Positions 1 through 10,230 are shown, numbered from the stretch's first letter. The stretch: DNA of 64,000 nt from Candidatus Krumholzibacteriota bacterium (GCA_963806035.1 CAWDWO010000026.1:96001-160000); one strand, 5' to 3'. Notes: generated from the letters alone by a model not told the origin. Made by a program: numbers and translations.

Positions 1-424
1 CGCGTTCCACATGAGCAAGCCCAGCGACCTCATCCCGGAACTCCAGGGGAGATTCCCCATCCGCGTGGAGATGAACAGCCTCTCGCAGGAGGACTTCGTG
101 CGGATCCTGCAGGAACCGGAGAACTCCTTGCCCCGTCAGTACCAGGCCTTGCTTCAGACCGAAGGCTGCGAGCTCGTGTTCCAGCGCGAGGCCTTCGAGG
201 AAATCGGTCGCATCGCCTGGGAGGTCAACCGCAGCCAGGAGAACATCGGGGCGCGGCGCTTGCACACCATCATGACTTCGCTGCTGGACGAAATGCTGTT
301 TGAACTTCCACCCACCAGCGCGCAGAATCCACCACCGACCCGGATCGTGATCGACAAGAAGTTCGTGGACGAGAAGCTCATGCGGATCGTCAAGGACGAG
401 GATCTGAGTCGTTTCATCCTCTAG
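1..424 (+). CDS. hslU: ATP-dependent protease ATPase subunit HslU, C-terminal part (truncated by window start)
   Basis: [28 protein letters not shown] and C-terminal DLSRFIL motifs. Confidence 0.95.
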   Translation, partial: AFHMSKPSDLIPELQGRFPIRVEMNSLSQEDFVRILQEPENSLPRQYQALLQTEGCELVFQREAFEEIGRIAWEVNRSQENIGARRLHTIMTSLLDEMLFELPPTSAQNPPPTRIVIDKKFVDEKLMRIVKDEDLSRFIL

Positions 425-465
425 AGATCGAGCCCTGAGGAAACCGCGAAGGGGAGAGTGAGGGC

Positions 466-1389
466 ATGAAGAAGCTGTCCAGTAAAGATCTGGTGACCAT
501 TCTCGACCTCAGCCGTGAGGACTTGAACACGCTCTTTGAGACCACGCGCGAACAGAAGCCCAAGGCCAGAGAGCACGCTCTGCCCGCGAGCCATCCCAGC
601 CGGACTCTCGCCTGCATCTTTCACAAGCCGAGCCTGCGAACCCGCATCTCCTTCGAGGTGGCCATTCGCCAACTCGGCGGCAATTCGCTCTACATCACCG
701 AGAAGGAAATCGGTCTGGGGAGCCGCGAGTCCGTGGAGGACGTGGCGCGGGTCCTGAGCCGTCTGGTCGACGGCATCATGATCCGCACTTTCGATCACTC
801 GCTGGTGGAGAACTTGGCGGCGAGCGCCACCGTGCCGGTGGTGAACGGTCTCACCGACCTGGCCCACCCCTGTCAGATTCTGGCGGACGTGTTCACCGTC
901 ATCGAGGAACTGGGCGCAATCGACAACAAGAGAATCGTCTACGTGGGGGACGGCAACAACATCGCTCATTCGTGGATCAACGCGGCCGCGCTGCTCGACT
1001 TCTCGCTGGTCATCTGCACTCCCAACGACTATCAGCCCAATGCCGCGGTGGTCGAGAGGGCCAGGTCCAAGGGCAAGCTGGATCTCACCATCACCAGCGA
1101 TCCGCACGAGGCGGTGCGCGGAGCGGACGTGCTCTACACCGACGTCTGGGCCAGCATGGGTCAGGAGGCGGAGGCGGAGGCGCGGGCGAAGATCTTCGCC
1201 GACTACCAGGTCAACGAAGAACTCTTGTCGCGGGCCAAGAAGGAGGCCATTGTCTTGCACTGTCTCCCGGCGCACCGCGGCATGGAAATCACTGACGGAG
1301 TGATGGACGGGCCGGCGAGTCGAGTCTTTGAGGAAGCGGAGAACCGTTTGCATGTCCAGAGAGCGCTACTCTACCACCTCATGCGGTGA
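466..1389 (+). CDS. argF: Ornithine carbamoyltransferase
   Basis: SLRTR carbamoyl-phosphate motif, HPCQ, DVWASMGQE, HCLP motifs. Confidence 0.95.
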   Translation: MKKLSSKDLVTILDLSREDLNTLFETTREQKPKAREHALPASHPSRTLACIFHKPSLRTRISFEVAIRQLGGNSLYITEKEIGLGSRESVEDVARVLSRLVDGIMIRTFDHSLVENLAASATVPVVNGLTDLAHPCQILADVFTVIEELGAIDNKRIVYVGDGNNIAHSWINAAALLDFSLVICTPNDYQPNAAVVERARSKGKLDLTITSDPHEAVRGADVLYTDVWASMGQEAEAEARAKIFADYQVNEELLSRAKKEAIVLHCLPAHRGMEITDGVMDGPASRVFEEAENRLHVQRALLYHLMR

Positions 1390-2497
1390 ACTCCCGCGCC
1401 TGGGCTGGGGTGCGGGGCTGTGCGCGCTCCTTGCACTTTTCGTGGCGGCTTGCGCGCAGACGGGACCGCCGCCCGGTGGTCCGGTGGACGAGACTCCGCC
1501 GCGGTTCCTCTCGGCGCAGCCGGGAAGCCTGGCTCTGCGGGTCGATCCCCTGACCCCCCTGGTTCTGGATTTCAGTGAGAAAGTCGATCGGCGTGGATTC
1601 CGCGGCTCGATTCACTTCGCGCCCGAGATTCGCGTGCGCGAGATCGGCTTCGACGCGACCACGGTGACGGTGCGTCCGGAAACGGGTTGGCCCAAGGACA
1701 CCCTGGTCGTGTGGACCCTGCTGCCCACTCTCAGCGACCGGCACAAGGTCAAGCTGGGATCCCCGGTGAGCGGGGCCTTCACCACCGGTGATACCATCCC
1801 CGAGGGCATGATCAAGGGGCAGGTGGCGGGCGAGGATCTGAAGCTCGATCAGGTGGTGGCTCAGCTCAGTGCGCTCGGGACCGCCACTTCCAAGAAGCCG
1901 GTGCTCTGGCGCATGGTCGCTCCCAACGAACTGGGATTTTTCCGTCTCGGTCTGCTCGCTTCTCCTTCAGGCCCCTACGATCTACAGATCTTCGAGGACA
2001 AGAACAAGAACGGAAAAAGGGACAAGCGCGAACCCACGGCCGAGCAGGACTCCCTCTATCTGTCCGCGGGCAGCCCGGTCCTGGATCTGGGCACGCTGAC
2101 CCTGGTGGATCTCGAAGCGCCGGTGGACCTTCTCATTCGCATGCAATTGAGCGAGGCGGACAGCTTCCCGGTGCGTGTCGCGCTGCGTCCCATCGGGGTG
2201 GAAGATGCCCGTGTCCAGACCACCACTCTGGATACCCTGGGCAGCTCCAAATCCCAGCTCACTCCGGGCGAGTATCGCATTTCCGCCTGGTTGGATCTGG
2301 ACAACGACAATCACTTCGGTCCCGCTGAGGAAGGACTGAGTGAACCCTTTGTCGCCGAGACGAAGCTCGAAATTCAGCCGGCGCATCCGGACAGCCTGAT
2401 CTTGCCCCGGCCCAGCGAGAGAGCGTCCTGGGCGGAGCTGGACACGATGCGCACGCCTCCTTTGCCGCGTTCACTCTTCTTGGAGTCCGCCCCGTGA
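1352..2497 (+). CDS. Lipoprotein with Ig-like (Big_5-type) domain; start uncertain
   Basis: Lipobox-like LFVAAC followed by AQTGPPPGGPVDETPP; FSE motif; DxNxN-like loops (DKNKNG, DLDNDN). Confidence 0.7.
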   Translation: MSRERYSTTSCGELPRLGWGAGLCALLALFVAACAQTGPPPGGPVDETPPRFLSAQPGSLALRVDPLTPLVLDFSEKVDRRGFRGSIHFAPEIRVREIGFDATTVTVRPETGWPKDTLVVWTLLPTLSDRHKVKLGSPVSGAFTTGDTIPEGMIKGQVAGEDLKLDQVVAQLSALGTATSKKPVLWRMVAPNELGFFRLGLLASPSGPYDLQIFEDKNKNGKRDKREPTAEQDSLYLSAGSPVLDLGTLTLVDLEAPVDLLIRMQLSEADSFPVRVALRPIGVEDARVQTTTLDTLGSSKSQLTPGEYRISAWLDLDNDNHFGPAEEGLSEPFVAETKLEIQPAHPDSLILPRPSERASWAELDTMRTPPLPRSLFLESAP

Positions 2498-2508
2498 GAG
2501 GAGTGCCC

Positions 2509-3342
2509 ATGGAACTGCAATTCGCGAAGATGCACGGAGCGGCCAACGACTTCGTCATCCTGCAGGAGGCGCCCCCGGCGCCGCCACGCGATGCGGCTCT
2601 GGTGCGCGCGATGTGCCACCGGCGAGTGGGCATCGGTGCGGACGGCGCTCTGTTCATGGAGCGCCTGCAGGGAGGGGAGGAAGGGCAGCCGGTCTTTCGC
2701 ATGTACTTTTACAACATGGACGGAAGCTACTGCGAAATGTGCTTCAACGGGGCGCGTTGCTGCGCGCTGCGGGCCTGGCGTCTTGGCTGGTGCGGAGAAG
2801 CGTTTTCCTTTCTCAGCGAGTACGGCCGCATCGAAGCGGAAATTCTGCAAGCGGGCGAGCGCGTGCGGCTTTTGTTCCCGGCGCCGCGCTGCGAAAGCGG
2901 CCGCCTGGAACTTCCGGCGGATGCGGTGGCGCGTTTCGGGCAACGCGTGAGCACTGGCGACCCGCATCTGGTGGTCGAAGTGGAGGCCGAGGTTCTCCAG
3001 TCGCCGCAATTCGAGAACCTGGCGCGGCCGCTGCGCTGGTGGACGGAGGCCTTTCCCGAGGGCACCAACGTGCATTTCGTGCATCGAGCTGAAGACGCCT
3101 GGCGAATCCGCTCTTTCGAACGTGGGGTGGAAGGCGAGACCTGGGCTTGCGGCAGCGGCTGCATCGCCAGCGTCGCCGCCCTGGCCGGCATCGCTCCACG
3201 CGAGGATGCCGTGCGCCTCATCACCCGCGGCGGGGACGAGATCAGAGTGCAGCCCCTGGAGGACGCGTGGACGCTGGAGGGTCCCGCGGTCGAAGTCTTC
3301 GACGCGCGCTTCGAGTGGGACGGAGTCTTCGATCCCCTCTAA
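2509..3342 (+). CDS. dapF: Diaminopimelate epimerase
   Basis: FAKMHGAANDF, GIGADG, GDPH, GTNV, ERGVEGETWACGSG; SD GAGGAG before ATG 2509. Confidence 0.9.
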   Translation: MELQFAKMHGAANDFVILQEAPPAPPRDAALVRAMCHRRVGIGADGALFMERLQGGEEGQPVFRMYFYNMDGSYCEMCFNGARCCALRAWRLGWCGEAFSFLSEYGRIEAEILQAGERVRLLFPAPRCESGRLELPADAVARFGQRVSTGDPHLVVEVEAEVLQSPQFENLARPLRWWTEAFPEGTNVHFVHRAEDAWRIRSFERGVEGETWACGSGCIASVAALAGIAPREDAVRLITRGGDEIRVQPLEDAWTLEGPAVEVFDARFEWDGVFDPL

Positions 3343-3365
3343 AGGGCGAGAGGCCCCAACGCGAA

Positions 3366-3386
3366 ACGCCAGCACGAAGCTGGCGT
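3366..3386. terminator. Hairpin between convergent dapF and rpsT
   Basis: ACGCCAGC-acgaa-GCTGGCGT perfect 8-bp stem; short T tract on the - strand. Confidence 0.55.
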
Positions 3387-3418
3387 CCTGCGATCACTGA
3401 GAAATGGCCGAGGGGGGT

Positions 3419-3682
3419 TCAGGATTCGGCGCGCGGGGAGAGGCGGCTCTTGAGACGCGCGGCCTTGTTCTTGTGGATGAAGCCCTTGTTCGCCATCTTG
3501 TCCAGCAGGCCGCTGACCTTCTGGTACTCGAGCATCAGCTCTTCCTTGGCGGCACCTTCCACGCGGGAGTGCTGACGGAGATCGCGGATCGCGTGGCGGA
3601 GACGACTGCCGCGCGCCATGTTGCGCTGGCGGCGAATCTCGTTGGTCTTGACACGCTTCTTCGTGGACTTGTTGTGCGGCAC
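3419..3682 (-). CDS. rpsT: 30S ribosomal protein S20
   Basis: (M)PHNKSTKKRVKTNEIRRQRN...LDKMANKGFIHKNKAARLKSRL; GTG start with AAGGA SD. Confidence 0.95.
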   Translation of the reverse strand: MPHNKSTKKRVKTNEIRRQRNMARGSRLRHAIRDLRQHSRVEGAAKEELMLEYQKVSGLLDKMANKGFIHKNKAARLKSRLSPRAES

Positions 3683-3769
3683 CGCGGACCATCCTTGACT
3701 TTGAACTCGCGCTGAGAGACGAATTCGAACGATGTATAGGGGGACTCTCCCTCTAGAGAGTGGGGCGAA

Positions 3770-3798
3770 ACGATAGCCAAAGGGCTCGAGCGTGTCAA
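3770..3798 (-). promoter_or_regulatory. Sigma-70-type promoter for rpsT
   Basis: TTGACA-N17-TATCGT on the - strand. Confidence 0.7.
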
Positions 3799-3844
3799 GC
3801 CGACCGGTTCGTCCCGGTCGGTGCCCTAGCCCGGGCGGCCTGCC

Positions 3845-5671
3845 ATGGATCCTGAACACCCGCTATTCAAGAAGCTCGAGGGCCTGCCGGACTCTCCCGG
3901 CGTATACCTCATGAAGGACGAGCAGGGGCGCGTCCTCTACGTGGGCAAGGCCGCGCGGCTGGCAGTGCGCGTGCGTTCGTATTTCGCGCCGGAGAGCGCC
4001 CTGGATCAAAAGACGGCCACCCTGGTGCGCAAGATCGCGGACTTCGACTACGTGCTCACCGCGAACGAGCGCGAAGCGCTGCTGCTCGAGGATCAGCTGA
4101 TCAAGGAGTTCAAGCCGCGCTACAACATCCGGCTCAAGGATGACAAGCGTTACCCCTGGCTTCGGCTGAGCGTGACGGAGCCCTTTCCGCGGCTCAGCGT
4201 GGTTCGTAGACCCAAGGAGGACGGCCAGGAGTATTACGGTCCCTACACCAACGCGAAAGCCATGCGCCAGACCCTCAAGACCATCGGGCAGGTCTTCAGG
4301 ATCCGCACCTGTCAGCTTCGCTTGCCCGAGGAGACCGTCCCCCGGCCCTGCCTCGACTACCACATCAAGCGCTGCGATGCGCCCTGCGTGAACTACATCG
4401 ACCGAGAATCCTACGGACTCTTGGTGGAGCAGGTTCGTCTGTTTCTGTCGGGGCAGAGTCGCGGACTGCTCGATACCCTGCAGGGCAAGATGGACGCAGC
4501 GAGCGAGGCTTTGCGCTTCGAGGAGGCAGCTCGTCTGCGCGATCAGATCGAAGCGGTGCGTCGGCTGGACTCCAAGCAGGAAGTGGTCTGGGACAAGGGT
4601 CGAGACGTCGATGCCTTCGGCTTGGATCGGGAAGGCAGGCAAGCCTGTGGCGTGGTGCTACGTATTCGCGACGGGAAGCTCCTGCATTCGGAAGCCTACT
4701 TTTTCTCCTCACCGCGCGTGAGCGAAGTGGATGAGTTCTTTCAACGCTTCACCTCCTCGGTGTTCAGTTCACAGCGTCATGGCGGACGCGAAGTGATGTT
4801 GATGCGAGAGATTCCGCAGATGGAACACTGGGAGGAGGTTCTGAGCGAGCGTCTGGGACGCAGGGTGCACATCCGGGTGGCTCACCGCGGCAAAGCCAGA
4901 CGCCTGGTGGACATGGCTTGCGCGAACGCGCGCTGGAAGCTGCGCGAGCGCCTGGGATCCACCGCGCCGGTGCGCAAGGAAGTCCCCTCGGTGCTCGATC
5001 TGAAGGAACGATTGGGTTTGGCGGTGGCCCCCTGGAGCATCGAGTGCTTCGACATGAGTCACATCCAGGGAAGTCAGCGCGTCGGCTCTCTGGTCTATTT
5101 TCAGGCCGGAGAACCCCTCAAGAGCCGATACCGCCGCTTCCGCATCCAGCAGTCGCAAGGCATCGACGATTTTGGAATGATGCAAGAGGTCCTCGAACGC
5201 TACTACAGCCGCCTTCGCGACGAGGACAAGCTCCCCGCCGATCTCGTGGTGGTCGACGGGGGCGCGGGACAGCTTTCGGTCGCCGTCTCCACACTCAGCC
5301 GCTATGGCTTCGTGGAGACCGCGGTGGTGGGATTGGCGAAAAAGCAGGAGGAAATCTATCTGCCGAACCGCAAGGAGCCGTTGCGCCTGCCCAAGAGTTC
5401 CTCCGCGCTCAAACTATTGCAGCGCGCGCGCGACGAGGCGCATCGCTTCGCGGTGACTTACCACCGCAAGCTGCGCGGGAAAGAACTCAAGAAGAGCCTC
5501 TTGGACGAGATTCCGGGGATCGGCGCCAAGAAGAAACGCTCCCTTCTCTTGCGTTTCGGTTCGGTCGAAGCGGTGGGGAAGGCGGCGGCAGCCGATCTGG
5601 TGGAGGTGGAGGGGATCGGCCAGGGCGACGCCGAACGCATCCTTGCCTTCTTCGGTTTGAGGAAGAATTGA
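3845..5671 (+). CDS. uvrC: Excinuclease ABC subunit C
   Basis: GIY-YIG N-terminus (PGVY...YVGKA), IECFDMSH, VVDGG, RDEAHRFA, C-terminal HhH. Confidence 0.97.
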   Translation: MDPEHPLFKKLEGLPDSPGVYLMKDEQGRVLYVGKAARLAVRVRSYFAPESALDQKTATLVRKIADFDYVLTANEREALLLEDQLIKEFKPRYNIRLKDDKRYPWLRLSVTEPFPRLSVVRRPKEDGQEYYGPYTNAKAMRQTLKTIGQVFRIRTCQLRLPEETVPRPCLDYHIKRCDAPCVNYIDRESYGLLVEQVRLFLSGQSRGLLDTLQGKMDAASEALRFEEAARLRDQIEAVRRLDSKQEVVWDKGRDVDAFGLDREGRQACGVVLRIRDGKLLHSEAYFFSSPRVSEVDEFFQRFTSSVFSSQRHGGREVMLMREIPQMEHWEEVLSERLGRRVHIRVAHRGKARRLVDMACANARWKLRERLGSTAPVRKEVPSVLDLKERLGLAVAPWSIECFDMSHIQGSQRVGSLVYFQAGEPLKSRYRRFRIQQSQGIDDFGMMQEVLERYYSRLRDEDKLPADLVVVDGGAGQLSVAVSTLSRYGFVETAVVGLAKKQEEIYLPNRKEPLRLPKSSSALKLLQRARDEAHRFAVTYHRKLRGKELKKSLLDEIPGIGAKKKRSLLLRFGSVEAVGKAAAADLVEVEGIGQGDAERILAFFGLRKN

Positions 5672-5673
5672 CG

Positions 5674-6627
5674 ATGGTGAAACTCCTGCAGAGTTCCGGC
5701 GATAGGCCCTCGAGTTTCCTCCTGGCGGGCGATGCCTTCCTCCTGGCGCTCGACGTGGAGCAGGGCGCGTCCAGCAATACTCTGGAAAGTTACGGACGCG
5801 ATCTCCGGGAGTATCTGCTGTTCCTGGAACGCGAGGGATTCGCCGAACCGAACGAGGTCGGGCGCGAGACGGTTCTATCCTATCTGAGTCTGCGCGAGCG
5901 AAACGGTCTGGGCGCGCGCAGCCGGACTCGCCTGCTCTCCACGCTTCGAGGATACCATCGCTACTTGAACGAATCCGGACTCTCCGCGAGCGACCCCACG
6001 GAAAACCTGAGCGGTCCCAAACTTCCCCGCAAACTTCCGCGCACCCTACGCGTGGAGGAGGTGCTGCGCCTGCTCGAGGTGCCCGACCCGTCCACGCCTT
6101 TGGGGCTACGAGACCGCGCGATCCTGGAGACGCTCTACGCCTGTGGACTTCGAGCGAGCGAGCTGTGCGAGTTGCCGCGGCGCGCCCTCGATCTCGAGCA
6201 AGCACTGGTCCGGGTGGTGGGGAAGGGGAGGAAGGAGCGCCAGGTTCCCCTGGGCGCTCCGGCCCGTAGCGCGCTCGAGAAGTATCTGCGCGAGGGCCGT
6301 CCACGACTGGCCAAGAAGGAACTCGGTGAGAGGGTCTTTCTGAACGCGCGCGGAGGTGCTCTCAGCCGCGTCGGATTGTGGAAGATCCTCAAGAAGCACG
6401 CGCGCCACGCCGGGCTCGGCGAGCGGCTCACCCCCCACGTCCTGCGCCACTCCTTCGCGACGCACCTCCTCATCGGCGGTGCGGACCTGCGGGTGGTCCA
6501 GGAGCTTTTGGGGCACAGCAGCGTCGCAACCACCCAGATCTACACCCATCTCGATCGTGATTACGTGCGGGAACAGCATCTCTTACACCATCCCCGGGCG
6601 CGCCGGACCAGGCCGGAGGAGGCTTGA
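5674..6627 (+). CDS. xerD: Site-specific tyrosine recombinase XerD
   Basis: LRDRAILETLYACGLRASE, GKGRKER, PHVLRHSFATHL, ELLGH, TTQIYTH; adjacent to scpAB. Confidence 0.9.
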   Translation: MVKLLQSSGDRPSSFLLAGDAFLLALDVEQGASSNTLESYGRDLREYLLFLEREGFAEPNEVGRETVLSYLSLRERNGLGARSRTRLLSTLRGYHRYLNESGLSASDPTENLSGPKLPRKLPRTLRVEEVLRLLEVPDPSTPLGLRDRAILETLYACGLRASELCELPRRALDLEQALVRVVGKGRKERQVPLGAPARSALEKYLREGRPRLAKKELGERVFLNARGGALSRVGLWKILKKHARHAGLGERLTPHVLRHSFATHLLIGGADLRVVQELLGHSSVATTQIYTHLDRDYVREQHLLHHPRARRTRPEEA

Positions 6628-6653
6628 CGTGTCCGCGCGCCCTCTGCTAGCTT
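6624..6653 (+). promoter_or_regulatory. Sigma-70-type promoter for scpAB-rluB
   Basis: TTGACG-N18-TAGCTT with TG extension; -35 contains the xerD TGA stop. Confidence 0.6.
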
Positions 6654-6744
6654 GCGCAAGCCCCACCATCTGTTGCCCTATGGAGCTACGGTCCACACGG
6701 TGCAGACCGAGGCGCAAGGGCGCACACGCGACTTGGAGCCGTCG

Positions 6745-7641
6745 ATGATCCTTCCTCGCTCAGGCGAGTCAGCCGCTGCATTGAATGGCGATGAGCCACA
6801 GAACCACTGGGAGGGACAGCGGGATTCGTCCGGCCCCTCGGGTAGCGGCTATAACATCCAGCTCGATCGTTTCGAAGGTCCGCTCGATCTCTTGCTGTAC
6901 CTGATCCAGCGCGACGAGATCGACATCTACGACATTCCGATCGCTCACATCACCGAGCAGTATCTGGCATCCATCGAGGATCTTGACTCGCTCGATCTGG
7001 AAAATGCCGGAGAGTTTCTGGTGATGGCCGCCACCCTCATGCGCATCAAGGCCCGTCTGCTGCTTCCCGTGCAGCGAACCGAAGAGGAAGAGGAGGGAGC
7101 CGACCCGCGCGACGAGCTGGTGCGCCGGCTCCTGGAATACAAGAAGTACAAGGAGGCAGCCCAGAACTTCGCCGAGGCGGAGGAACAGAGGCGTCAGTAC
7201 TTCTCGCGGCCCATCGAGTATCCCTTCCGCGACCAAATTCCTCAGGAACCGCCGGAGTTCAGTCTCTCGCTCTTCGACCTTTTGGGCTCGGTGAAGGAGA
7301 TTCTGGATACTCTGAAGGGGGATCAGCTCCACCACGTCTACAACATGGTGTACACCGTGGAGGAGCAGGCGGAGAAGCTCCAGGCCATGCTCGAAGGGAG
7401 CCAGGGCATTCGCTTCAAGGAGGTCTTTGGTCACGCCTCCTGCAAGATGGAGGTCGTGGTGACCTTCGTGGCCATGCTCGAGCTGATTCGGCAGGGGCAG
7501 CTGTGGGCGCGCCAGGTCGAAGCCTACGGCGAGATCTGGATCTATCCGCAGGATATGGACAAGAAATCCGTGAGCGGCAAGAAGAAGCGGGGCGGAGAGA
7601 AAGCCGCGAAGGAAGTGCAGAAGGTGGGACATGCGACGTGA
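6745..7641 (+). CDS. scpA: Segregation and condensation protein A (SMC kleisin)
   Basis: FEGPLDLLLYLI, EFLVMAATLMRIKARLLLP, DPRDELVRRLLEY, VTFVAMLEL. Confidence 0.95.
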   Translation: MILPRSGESAAALNGDEPQNHWEGQRDSSGPSGSGYNIQLDRFEGPLDLLLYLIQRDEIDIYDIPIAHITEQYLASIEDLDSLDLENAGEFLVMAATLMRIKARLLLPVQRTEEEEEGADPRDELVRRLLEYKKYKEAAQNFAEAEEQRRQYFSRPIEYPFRDQIPQEPPEFSLSLFDLLGSVKEILDTLKGDQLHHVYNMVYTVEEQAEKLQAMLEGSQGIRFKEVFGHASCKMEVVVTFVAMLELIRQGQLWARQVEAYGEIWIYPQDMDKKSVSGKKKRGGEKAAKEVQKVGHAT

Positions 7642-8332
7642 GCTCGAAGCGCTGCTCTTCGCGACGGATCAACCCCTGAGTGTCACTCGGCTCGCAGGGT
7701 ACTTTCCCGGCGTGGAGCGCAGCGCTCTGAAGAAGATCATCGAGGAGTTGCAGGCCGAATACGACCGCGACGAACACGCCTTCACCATCGTGGAATTCGG
7801 CGGCGGCTACAGCATCGCCACCCGGCCCGAGTTCGCGCCCGTGGTCAAGAAGCTCTACCGGGGACGACGGAAGCTGCGGCTCTCCAAGGCGGCCCTGGAG
7901 GTGCTCTCGATCATCGCCTACAAGCAACCGGTGACCCGTTTGGAGATCGAGGAAATCCGCGGGATCCAGGCCTCGGGCGTGCTCGGCACCCTGATGGAGC
8001 GCGAGCTGGTGGAGATCGTGGGCAGAGCCGAGGGACTGGGCAGCCCGCTTCTCTACGGCACCACCGCCACCTTCCTGGAATATCTGGGGCTCCGCAGTCT
8101 GAAGGAGCTGCCGCGCCTGAGCGAGCTGGAGGATCTGCTCTCCGAGCGAGAGGAGATCAAACAGCTGGCCGGCCAAATGGGCGAGGAAATCACCGACGAA
8201 GAATTCGAGGCGGTGGTGAATCCGCCGCTGCCAGAGGAGGAGGAGAAGCCCGCGGCGGGCAACGGGGATGAGGCACCCGAGGCCGGTGAGGCGGACGCTT
8301 CCCTGAGCCGAAGTGAAGGCGCTGCGGATTAA
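7631..8332 (+). CDS. scpB: SMC-Scp complex subunit ScpB
   Basis: LEALLF, LSKAALEVLSIIAYKQPVTRLEIEEIRG, LYGTT..FL..LGL.SL.ELP. Confidence 0.95.
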   Translation: MRRELEALLFATDQPLSVTRLAGYFPGVERSALKKIIEELQAEYDRDEHAFTIVEFGGGYSIATRPEFAPVVKKLYRGRRKLRLSKAALEVLSIIAYKQPVTRLEIEEIRGIQASGVLGTLMERELVEIVGRAEGLGSPLLYGTTATFLEYLGLRSLKELPRLSELEDLLSEREEIKQLAGQMGEEITDEEFEAVVNPPLPEEEEKPAAGNGDEAPEAGEADASLSRSEGAAD

Positions 8333-9053
8333 CCGTTTTCTCTCCCAAGCGGGTCTGGGCTCGCGCCGCCGGGTCGAGGATCTGATTCGAGCCGGACGCG
8401 TCGCCGTGAACGGAGAGCGAGTACAGGATCTCGCGACCCGGGTGGACTCCGCGCGTGACGTGGTGGAAGTGGATGGCGAGCGCGTGGAGCCGCAGCGCGG
8501 AGGCGCCGTCTTCGCCTACCACAAACCGCGAGGCGTGATTTCCTCACTGGCGCGCCAGGGCTCAGCGCCCTGCCTCCTGGATGTCCTGCCCAAAGAACTC
8601 TTGAACGGACGTTTCTTCCACTTGGGGCGTCTCGATCGTGACTCCTGCGGACTTCTGCTGCTGAGCGATGACGGCGAGCTGGGCAACGCGCTCACGCATC
8701 CTTCCCATCCGGTGTGGAAGCGCTACCGCATCGCGCTGGACGCGGCTCTCGCGCCCGAAGACATGCGCCAATTCGCCGGCGGTGAATTGCTCATCGATGG
8801 CCGTCCCGCCCTGCCGGCCCGAATCGAAGCACTCTCGGATTCCCCTCGACACGAATACCGGGTAGAGCTGCGGGAGGGCCGCAAACGGCAGATCCGCAGG
8901 ATGTGCGCACAGCTGGGGCGAGAAGTTCTCGAACTCACCCGCGAGGCGATCGGCCCGGTCGAACTGGGAGATCTCGGCGCCGGGGAGTTGCGACGCCTTC
9001 TCGACAGCGAACTCGCGGAGCTTCGCGCAGCCGCGGGGCTTCCGCCACGTTGA
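8313..9053 (+). CDS. rluB: rRNA pseudouridine synthase (RluB/RsuA family)
   Basis: S4 domain, KPRG, GRLD catalytic motif, EGRKRQIRRM; follows scpB. Confidence 0.85.
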   Translation: MKALRINRFLSQAGLGSRRRVEDLIRAGRVAVNGERVQDLATRVDSARDVVEVDGERVEPQRGGAVFAYHKPRGVISSLARQGSAPCLLDVLPKELLNGRFFHLGRLDRDSCGLLLLSDDGELGNALTHPSHPVWKRYRIALDAALAPEDMRQFAGGELLIDGRPALPARIEALSDSPRHEYRVELREGRKRQIRRMCAQLGREVLELTREAIGPVELGDLGAGELRRLLDSELAELRAAAGLPPR

Positions 9054-9078
9054 CCGGGGGTGGGGCGCCGCCTAGTTT
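9050..9078 (+). promoter_or_regulatory. Sigma-70-type promoter for hisC-aroA-cmk
   Basis: TTGACC-N17-TAGTTT; -35 contains the rluB TGA stop. Confidence 0.6.
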
Positions 9079-9111
9079 TGCAGAGGCGTCTAATTCCCCG
9101 AGGTGTGAACC

Positions 9112-10230
9112 ATGAGTGCAATCTCCGAGCGAGTCCGTGTGGAGGTCAGAAACCTCACGCCGTATCAACCCGGCAGGCCGATCGAGACCGTCCGGCGCGA
9201 ACTGGGCATCCCCCGGATCGTGAAGCTGGCCAGTAACGAATATCCCGACGGACCCTTTCCCGAAGTGATCGAAGCGGTGAAGAGCGAAGTGGGGAACTTG
9301 AACCGTTACCCCGATCCGGGTTGCTTCGAGGTGGCCGAAGCGGTTTCCAAGTTCTACGGACTGAAGCAGAGCGAGGTGTTCTTCGGCAACGGGAACAACG
9401 AGATCCTGGAATTGCTCATCCACCTTCTCGTCGGGCCGACACAGGAAGTCCTCTATGCCAGGCCCAGCTTCCCCATTTACGGACTCATCGCCCAGACGCA
9501 CTTCAAGGTGGGACGCGAGGTGCCGCTGGATGCCAACTGGGTGCACGATCTCGACGCCATGGGGAATGCGATCAACGAGAAGACTCGCCTGATCTTCCTG
9601 TGCAATCCCAACAATCCCACCGCCAGCTACCTCACGCACGACCAGGTTGCCGCGTTTCTGCGTCGCGTACCCGACGATGTCGTCGTGGCGATGGACGAAC
9701 CCTATCTGGAGTTCGTGACCGCGAAGGACTTTCCCGACTGGAAGGAACTCTGGAAGGACCACCCGAATCTGGTCGCACTGCGTTCGTTCTCCAAGGGTTA
9801 CTCCCTGGCCGGTCTGCGGATCGGCTACCTCTTGGGAAGCGAGGAGATCGTGGGCATGCTGCATCGCGTACGCCAGCCCTTCAACGTCAATCGACTGGCG
9901 CAGAAAGCCGCGGCGGTGGCGATCAACTGTCGCGATCGAGTCGACGAGAGGCGCGCCCAGAACCAGCGCCGGATGAAACGGCTGCGCGAGGGAATGGAGG
10001 AGTTGGGAGTGGAGGTTCTGCCTTCTCAAACCAATTTCTATCTGGCCATCGTTCCCCAGCTCATTCCCCAACTCTTCGAGAGATTGTTGCATCAAGGGGT
10101 CATCGTCAGGCCCATGGAGCCCTTCGGAATGCCGGAGCGGTCCTTCCGGGTCAACACGGGGACCGAAGACGAGAACGAATTCTATCTCGAGGCCCTGGGA
10201 AGGGTGATTCGCGGGGAGGACCGCTCCTGA
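9112..10230 (+). CDS. hisC: Histidinol-phosphate/aromatic aminotransferase
   Basis: KLASNE, RYPD, CNPNNPT, DEPY, RSFSKGYSLAGLRIGY PLP-lysine motif. Confidence 0.93.
   Translation: MSAISERVRVEVRNLTPYQPGRPIETVRRELGIPRIVKLASNEYPDGPFPEVIEAVKSEVGNLNRYPDPGCFEVAEAVSKFYGLKQSEVFFGNGNNEILELLIHLLVGPTQEVLYARPSFPIYGLIAQTHFKVGREVPLDANWVHDLDAMGNAINEKTRLIFLCNPNNPTASYLTHDQVAAFLRRVPDDVVVAMDEPYLEFVTAKDFPDWKELWKDHPNLVALRSFSKGYSLAGLRIGYLLGSEEIVGMLHRVRQPFNVNRLAQKAAAVAINCRDRVDERRAQNQRRMKRLREGMEELGVEVLPSQTNFYLAIVPQLIPQLFERLLHQGVIVRPMEPFGMPERSFRVNTGTEDENEFYLEALGRVIRGEDRS

Noticed and set aside
4918..5673. Apparent 252-aa N-terminal extension of XerD
   Set aside because: It overlaps uvrC out of frame; ATG 5674 immediately after the uvrC stop gives a normal-length XerD.
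5668..5696. TTGACG over the uvrC stop as a sixth stop-embedded promoter
   Set aside because: No TAnnnT hexamer at a 16-18 nt spacing, and xerD starts immediately afterwards.
5674..6627. Tyrosine recombinase as a prophage or island integrase
   Set aside because: XerD-like length and motifs, housekeeping neighbours (uvrC, scpAB), and no phage genes or att repeats nearby.
9321..10226. Apparent long N-terminal extension of AroA
   Set aside because: It overlaps hisC out of frame; AroA similarity begins only near 10227.
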